Assembly: GCA_965248695.1 (NCBI GenBank)
Contig: CBDFKD010000002.1
Span: 3,072,001-3,136,000 of the forward strand
Origin: Acidobacteriota bacterium
GTDB taxonomy: Bacteria; Acidobacteriota; UBA890; WLXD01
DNA length: 64,000 nt
Direction: 5' to 3'
The notes below the pieces were generated by a model, which was not told where the DNA came from, made no database searches, and saw only the letters and a program-made list of their open reading frames with translations. Below, in pieces: positions 57,812 to 64,000 of the stretch. The first letter of the stretch is position 1, and every line of letters begins with the position of its first letter. The position numbers were made by a program, and so were the translations under genes.

Positions 57812-59227
57812 CTAGTCTCCCGACGGCAAACTGGCGAGCAAGGTCAGTACGTCGAACAGCATCCTCGGCGCCCGCCGTATCGAGTCGACGGACAGCCGTT
57901 CATCGACGCCGTGGGCCTGACCATCGCCGGGGCCTAAACGGATGGGTGACCAGCCGTAGGCGACGATGTCGCGCTCGCGGAAGAAGTGGCTGTCCGTGAA
58001 TCCCGCAAGCACGGTGGGGATTACGCTGGCGCCGGCGTTATCGCGTCGGGCCGCTTCTTCGATCGCGCCCCACAGCGCGGTGTCACGCGGCGAGGCAGAG
58101 GGCTGGAAGCTCAGCAGGATCTCGATCTCGATCTCGTCGTCGTCGATCACGTCACGGAGCGAGGCGATGAACAGCTCCGGACGCTCTCCCGGCAACAGCC
58201 TGCAATCGAGCTCGGCCGCCGCCGCTGCCGAGATCACGTTGGTCTTCGAGCTGCCCTCGAGCACGGTGATCGCGATGGTATTGCGCAACAAGTTACCGAA
58301 CGAAGCCTCGAGCGCATCGAGCATGCGGGGTCGGGCGATGTTGCGCTCGATCGTGCGCATCTCGGCAGCCAGGTCGGGATCGGTCTCGAGTACGGCAGCG
58401 GCTCGAATGGCCTCGGCCACGGCGGGGACCAGCCGGATTGCTGGCCGATAGGTGCGCACGCGATCCAGCGCTCGCACGAGTCGGTTGGCGGCCGACAAGG
58501 TGATCGCGCGCGAACCGTGGCCGGCAGGACCACGGGCGGTGAGACGGAGCCATAGCGGGGTCTTCTGGGTTGTCTCGATGCCATGCACGGGGCGATTGCC
58601 CACCATGCGGACGTTGCCACCCTCGGTAAGCACGAACTCCACGCCGTCGAGCAGTTCGGGGCGATCGCGGACGATATGGCCGGCCCCTTCGAAACCTCCG
58701 GTTTCCTCCCCCGCGGTGGCCATGAAAATGACATCGCGACCCAGCTCCACGCCGGCGCGACGCAACGCCGCCATGGCAAGAAACTGCACGATCGCATCGG
58801 CCTTCATGTCGGCCACACCGCGACCATAGATATGGTCGTCGACCACCTCGCCGGCGAACGGATCGACGTTCCAGAACCTCTCGTCCGCCGAAACCACGTC
58901 CGTGTGGTTGAGCAGCACGACGTGTCCTCCGAGGGCACCGTTGCCGGGCAGGCGAGCAACGACGTTGGCACGCCCGGGCTCACTCTCGAAGACCTCGTGC
59001 TGGATGCCCTCAGCCGTAAACAGGGCGGCAAAGAAGTCCGCCGCCAGGGTCTCGTTCCCGGGCGGGTTCACGGTGCGAATGCGCACGTAGTGACGCAACA
59101 ACGCCAGCGCCTCGTCGCCTGTCGCATCCCAGTCGATTCCCTGCGGGGAGCCCTGCGCCGCAATGCCGATAGACAGGGTGAGCACGAGTGCAGTCAGAAC
59201 CGCAAGCGCACCTCGGCTACGCACCAC
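57812..59227 (-). CDS. M20/M25/M40-family metallopeptidase, secreted
   Basis: T.NPPGNE, LLNHTDVV, YGRG..DMK, GEE.GG, GHGS, GFTDS..FR, HG.DER. Confidence 0.9.
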   Translation of the reverse strand: MVRSRGALAVLTALVLTLSIGIAAQGSPQGIDWDATGDEALALLRHYVRIRTVNPPGNETLAADFFAALFTAEGIQHEVFESEPGRANVVARLPGNGALGGHVVLLNHTDVVSADERFWNVDPFAGEVVDDHIYGRGVADMKADAIVQFLAMAALRRAGVELGRDVIFMATAGEETGGFEGAGHIVRDRPELLDGVEFVLTEGGNVRMVGNRPVHGIETTQKTPLWLRLTARGPAGHGSRAITLSAANRLVRALDRVRTYRPAIRLVPAVAEAIRAAAVLETDPDLAAEMRTIERNIARPRMLDALEASFGNLLRNTIAITVLEGSSKTNVISAAAAAELDCRLLPGERPELFIASLRDVIDDDEIEIEILLSFQPSASPRDTALWGAIEEAARRDNAGASVIPTVLAGFTDSHFFRERDIVAYGWSPIRLGPGDGQAHGVDERLSVDSIRRAPRMLFDVLTLLASLPSGD

Positions 59228-59336
59228 TACACCTCACTCTGTCGTTGATGGTCGAGCGCTCGGGGAACCGCCAAAGCACAAGCTTACCCCGTGTTACGCT
59301 GCCTTGAGCAGTTCGCCTGACTTCTCCGGGGAACGC

Positions 59337-60371
59337 ATGAACCGAATCGTGCTCATCTTCTTTGCGCTGCTCCTGGTTGCCGGGGCAGCTGCGGCGTTCT
59401 ATCTGGACCTGCTTCCGATGCCGGGTCCGAGCTATACCGTGGCGACCACGCTGTACGACACCGACGCCAGCGGTACGGCGGACCTTCGCCTGCACCACAT
59501 CTCCGAAACAGTGCGCCTGTGGTACTGGGATCGTGATGACGACGGGTCCCCGGACGTCGTCGCCTATGACGCCATCCTGGGTCCGGAGGGCCAGCTGCAA
59601 ACCACCGGCGACGTCACCGCCTGGGACTTCGGCGGCGATTCGATCCTCGACATGGGCGATGTGCCGGGGGCCCTGCAGGAGCTACTGCGCTCGGAGCCAT
59701 ACGCCGCCGCCCTGGCCGCGGCAGGGCCCGGCAACGTCGAGCTGGTGGACATGCGCGTGCGCGATTTCGTCGCCGAGCTCGCCCGTAGGTACGACGACTG
59801 GCGCCTGTCGGGTTTCCAGCTCGCGGTGCTTGGCGCCAGGCTGCCCAACGCGGATCGGCTGCTGCCCGGAGCGGCGCGCGCCTATCGCTTCGGCGTTCAC
59901 CAGGGTTTCGATATGTACGGCGGCTACGTCGGCGTGCCCACCGGCTACGGTGCGCCGGTGCTCGCCTCGAAGGCCAGTATCGTTGCGCGCGCCGACCTCA
60001 ACTACATCGAGATGACGCCAGAACAGTACGCCGAGGTCATCGCCACCTCTCGCGCCGCCGGCACTACCCCGCCCGCCGAGCTCGACCTGCTGCGCGGACG
60101 TCAGGTCTGGATCGACCATGGTCACGGCATTCTCACCCGGTATGCTCATCTGTCGGGGATCGCTCCGGGCGTCGAGCAGGGTGCCTCGGTCGACGGGCGA
60201 TCGGTCATCGGGTTCGTCGGCAACTCCGGCATGGATGCCGGCGCCAACGGCACCCGCGGCGGAGCCCACCTGCACTTCGAGATGCGTATCGACGACCGCT
60301 ATCTGGGCGAGGGCCTGAGGGCGGATGAGATTCGCTCACTGGCCAATCGGATCTTCGGACTGGAGGAGTAG
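59337..60371 (+). CDS. M23-family metallo-endopeptidase, membrane-anchored
   Basis: N-terminal TM, HQGFD (HxxxD), RYAHLS, IGFVGNSG, HLHFE. Confidence 0.88.
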   Translation: MNRIVLIFFALLLVAGAAAAFYLDLLPMPGPSYTVATTLYDTDASGTADLRLHHISETVRLWYWDRDDDGSPDVVAYDAILGPEGQLQTTGDVTAWDFGGDSILDMGDVPGALQELLRSEPYAAALAAAGPGNVELVDMRVRDFVAELARRYDDWRLSGFQLAVLGARLPNADRLLPGAARAYRFGVHQGFDMYGGYVGVPTGYGAPVLASKASIVARADLNYIEMTPEQYAEVIATSRAAGTTPPAELDLLRGRQVWIDHGHGILTRYAHLSGIAPGVEQGASVDGRSVIGFVGNSGMDAGANGTRGGAHLHFEMRIDDRYLGEGLRADEIRSLANRIFGLEE

Positions 60372-60449
60372 GTCCTCCGGCTCGGTCGTACACCAGATCG
60401 ACGCCCGTTGCACAGCGCCTATGCCGGCGCCCGATTCATCGCCTGCGGC

Positions 60450-61037
60450 TCAGAATAGCCAGCCGGCAAGCATCGCCATCAGGGCGAGCGCACCGCTGAA
60501 CGCCACCGTCACGATTAGCGCGACCAGTGCGGGCACCACAATCAGGGCAACGGCACGGACCCGGTCGAGGCCGTAGACGCGCTCGGCGACGAAGACCACC
60601 GCCGCCAGCTGCCAGAGCCACACGGCCCAGCCGAAGAACGCCTGGACAACCGGAATACCGATGATCCAAAGTGCGAGATACGTGTGGCCGAACGGTCGGT
60701 AGAAGGCCAAGAAGTCGCGCTTGGCGTCGAATACCACCACCGCCCCGAGGTGAATCACAGCGGCGAACAGGAAGCTGGCGACGAGGTGCACGAGGCTGTA
60801 CCCGACGTGCCCCGCGAGCGACAGCCCGGAGCCGGCAGCAGCGGCGATGCCGGCGAGCGCCGCGATCACCATAGCGGCTGGGAACGCGTCGTCGTCGGCC
60901 GACGCACGATCGACAGCCGCAACGCGGAACCGGAGGATATCGAGCGCCGACCGGATCCTGTCGAGTGGGCTGTCGTGCTGGTCTTCGGTTGCCGCTGCAG
61001 CGTCAACCAGCGGAGCCGAACTCTCGTGCGCGTTCAT
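60450..61037 (-). CDS. Yip1-like membrane protein
   Basis: About 5 TM helices, GHTY...W...IP, W.L...V......VYGL...RA pattern. Confidence 0.6.
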   Translation of the reverse strand: MNAHESSAPLVDAAAATEDQHDSPLDRIRSALDILRFRVAAVDRASADDDAFPAAMVIAALAGIAAAAGSGLSLAGHVGYSLVHLVASFLFAAVIHLGAVVVFDAKRDFLAFYRPFGHTYLALWIIGIPVVQAFFGWAVWLWQLAAVVFVAERVYGLDRVRAVALIVVPALVALIVTVAFSGALALMAMLAGWLF

Positions 61038-61038
61038 G

Positions 61039-61529
<491 letters not shown>

Positions 61530-61533
<4 letters not shown>

Positions 61534-62240
61534 CCGCTCCCTAGACCGGCCAGGGCACCCGCAGCGGCACCGAATACGGCGATGGAGAACAGCAGGCAAC
61601 AGCACACCAGCAAGTAGGGCACCAGCACCGCAGCTGCGGCGCGCCCGGTCGGAACTCCCTGCGCCTCGCGCAGGCCGATCGTGGTGCTGACGATGCCCCA
61701 CAGCGTCGCGACGAGGCCGCCACAGAACGGCATCGCCAGCCAGACATAGTTGGCACCGGCGGCGTAGCAGACCGTCTTGAGCGTCGTCTCGGGCGGATGC
61801 GGGGCGCCACCGAACAGCAGCAACAACAGGTGATAGATCCCGGTGATGACCACCGCGAACACCAGCACCGCGACCGGCGCCAGGATGAACCCGATGATCC
61901 CGAGGGTGTTGGCCACCGCGATCTCACCAAAGTCGAGCCCGCCGAACGGACCGATCATGGAGCGGGTTGCCGACTGCCAAAGGAGGCCGAAGAAGCTGCC
62001 GAACGTGCCCAGGATGAGCAGGAAGGCGATCGCACCGCCGAGGTCGCCACTGCGCCGCATGTTGCGGAAGGTCTCGTTCGGTGCGAAGAGCACACCACGG
62101 ACGGTATCGAGCGCCCCGGTTGCCGAGCGTCCCGGGTCGTCCGCTTCCCAGGGAACGCCGGGGCGACGCGAAGGATCAACATCTCCGGTTCCAGTTGCTG
62201 GATCGGCGGGCGAACCCGTGTCGCCACCGTCGGTCACCAT
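61530..62240 (-). CDS. YIP1-family membrane protein
   Basis: PWE motif, T...VLF.P..TF, GIYHL.L, T...VCYA, PFCG, RA..AVL.P...CCC. Confidence 0.8.
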
Positions 62241-62486
62241 GCCGCCCCCTTTCGAGCATCCCGCGACCCCATCCGTGTGGTATCCATGCGGTGTCGTAGC
62301 GACGCTGCTAATCTGGAAAGAGATACCGGGTTGGCTCTCGAATGCGCGCCTGGCGCCGGATTCTCTTGGCCATCACCCGCTGACATCAGCTATCTTAAGT
62401 GCAATCGGACGTGCGTGAACAAGACACCGACCCCATCGCTTCATGGACCCGACGGATCATCCAACCGTCGTAACCCTCGGTACGTC

Positions 62487-64000
62487 ATGACAGCCAAGCG
62501 CAAGACTCTGTTCACGGTGATGTTTATCAGCGCGCTGGCTGTCTCGATCGCGGCCGGGCCGGCGGCGCTCAGCAAGGCGCAGGGCTTCTACAACCGACTC
62601 GAGGTTCTCGGCCGTATGTTCGAGATCATCGAGATGCACTACGTCGAGGAGGTGGAAGCGGAGGACATGTTCGAGTACGCCGTTAGCGGTGTGCTCGAGA
62701 ACCTCGACCCGCATTCGCACTACTACACCGCCGACGAGTACCGGAACCTGCAGGAGCGCTACCGCGGCGACTACTTCGGCATCGGCATCCAGTTCGACGT
62801 CTTCGACGGCGTGCTCACGGTGCTCGACGCGCTCGAGGGCGGACCATCCCAGCAACTGGGCCTGCGTCCCGGCGATCAGATCGTCCGCATCGAAGGCGAG
62901 GACGCCACCGGGCTCGACAACGAGCAGATCTTCGAGCGCTTGCGTGGTCCCAAGGGGACGCGCGTCAGCGTGACCGTACGCCGACCGGCGCTCGACGACG
63001 AGTGGGACGTCAACATCACGCGCGACCAGGTCGAGGTGTCGTCCATCCTGGCGGCGACGATGCTCGAGTCCGATGTTGGCTACGTGTGGCTCAGTACGTT
63101 TTCACAAAAGGGCGCCGATCAGCTCGAAGAGCACCTGCGCGACTTCGAGGCGCGCGGCATGCGAGCCTTCGTTCTCGACTTGCGTGGCAATCGCGGTGGC
63201 CTCATGAGCCAGGCGATCCGGATCACCGACAAGTTCCTGTCCGGCGGCAAGAAGATCCTGGTGACCAAGGGTCGTACCGCCAACGCCAGCGGAGAGAACC
63301 TGTCGACGGACCGCGACACCCACCCGCAGACGCCGATGATCGTCCTCGTGGATCATCAGTCGGCGAGTGCCTCGGAGATCGTCGCCGGCGCGTTGCAAGA
63401 CTGGGATCGCGCCCTCGTGGTCGGGCAGGTGACGTTCGGCAAGGCGCTGGTGCAGAACCAGTTCCCCTTCAACGACGGCTCGGCGCTCTTTCTCACCATC
63501 GCGCGCTACTACACTCCGAGCGGAAGGCTGATCCAGCGCCCCTACAGCGAAGGTGACGAGGAGGAGTACTTCAACCCGGACTGGGACACGATCGAGGAAT
63601 CGTCAGACGAGACCGACGCCATGGCGGAGGAAGTCGCTGACGCCGGATCGGAATCGCCCGAGCGACCGTTGTTCCACACCGACGCCGGCCGACCGGTGTT
63701 CGGCGGTGGCGGCATCGTTCCCGACGTCGGCATCGACCCGACCAAGGTGTCTAGCCTGGCAATTTGGCTCTACAATCGCCGGCTGACGTTCCAGTTCGCC
63801 ACCCGCTACGTCGCCGAGCACGCAGCTGCGTTGCCCACCGACCTCGACGCCTATCTGGAAGATTTCGCCGTCGACGACGCCATCGTCGACGAGTTCGTAG
63901 AGTTCCTGCGCTATCCGTCACTGCGCGACCAGCTCGAGGCGGCGCAGGTGCCACTCGACGACGAGACGCTCGCCGGCGCCCGCGACGACATTCGCATGTA
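62487..64000 (+). CDS. S41-family carboxy-terminal processing protease, 3' end truncated by the window edge (absent from the ORF track)
   Basis: Manual translation from ATG 62487: signal peptide, LDPHS.Y, FGIGIQF PDZ, LDLRGNRGG, SASASEIVAGALQD.DR, TFGKALVQ, ARYYTPSGR. Confidence 0.92.
   Translation, partial: MTAKRKTLFTVMFISALAVSIAAGPAALSKAQGFYNRLEVLGRMFEIIEMHYVEEVEAEDMFEYAVSGVLENLDPHSHYYTADEYRNLQERYRGDYFGIGIQFDVFDGVLTVLDALEGGPSQQLGLRPGDQIVRIEGEDATGLDNEQIFERLRGPKGTRVSVTVRRPALDDEWDVNITRDQVEVSSILAATMLESDVGYVWLSTFSQKGADQLEEHLRDFEARGMRAFVLDLRGNRGGLMSQAIRITDKFLSGGKKILVTKGRTANASGENLSTDRDTHPQTPMIVLVDHQSASASEIVAGALQDWDRALVVGQVTFGKALVQNQFPFNDGSALFLTIARYYTPSGRLIQRPYSEGDEEEYFNPDWDTIEESSDETDAMAEEVADAGSESPERPLFHTDAGRPVFGGGGIVPDVGIDPTKVSSLAIWLYNRRLTFQFATRYVAEHAAALPTDLDAYLEDFAVDDAIVDEFVEFLRYPSLRDQLEAAQVPLDDETLAGARDDIRM

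Overview
GC-rich bacterial chromosomal window, densely coding (about 55 CDS). The gene content (GWxTD protein, several PQQ-like beta-propellers, many secreted peptidases) suggests Acidobacteriota or a similar lineage, but that is inference. Main blocks: (1) a form II (AYRGAGR) coxSLM-DE molybdo-flavoenzyme cluster facing a convergent maturation operon (coxG, mocA, split xdhC); (2) a compact respiratory operon intermediate between Qrc and alternative complex III (pentaheme ActA, split ActB1/B2, ActC, ActD, with no ActE/F); (3) many hydrolases, peptidases and one-component regulators, glnS with a YqeY domain, ATP-PFK, an ABC-F ATPase, an ABC exporter, and a C-terminally truncated S41 protease. 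No tRNA, rRNA, CRISPR array or transposase was seen. The most notable non-coding signal is a ~187-bp MITE-like structured element with 28-bp terminal inverted repeats (TAGTGGCCTGTAACAG...). It is present as one complete copy (53395-53581), one truncated copy that supplies the last ~53 codons of the ABC-F ORF (30307-30469), a solo end after actD (17415-17447) and a possible collapsed scar (32524-32535). A second, unrelated REPIN-like inverted repeat lies at 57581-57720.
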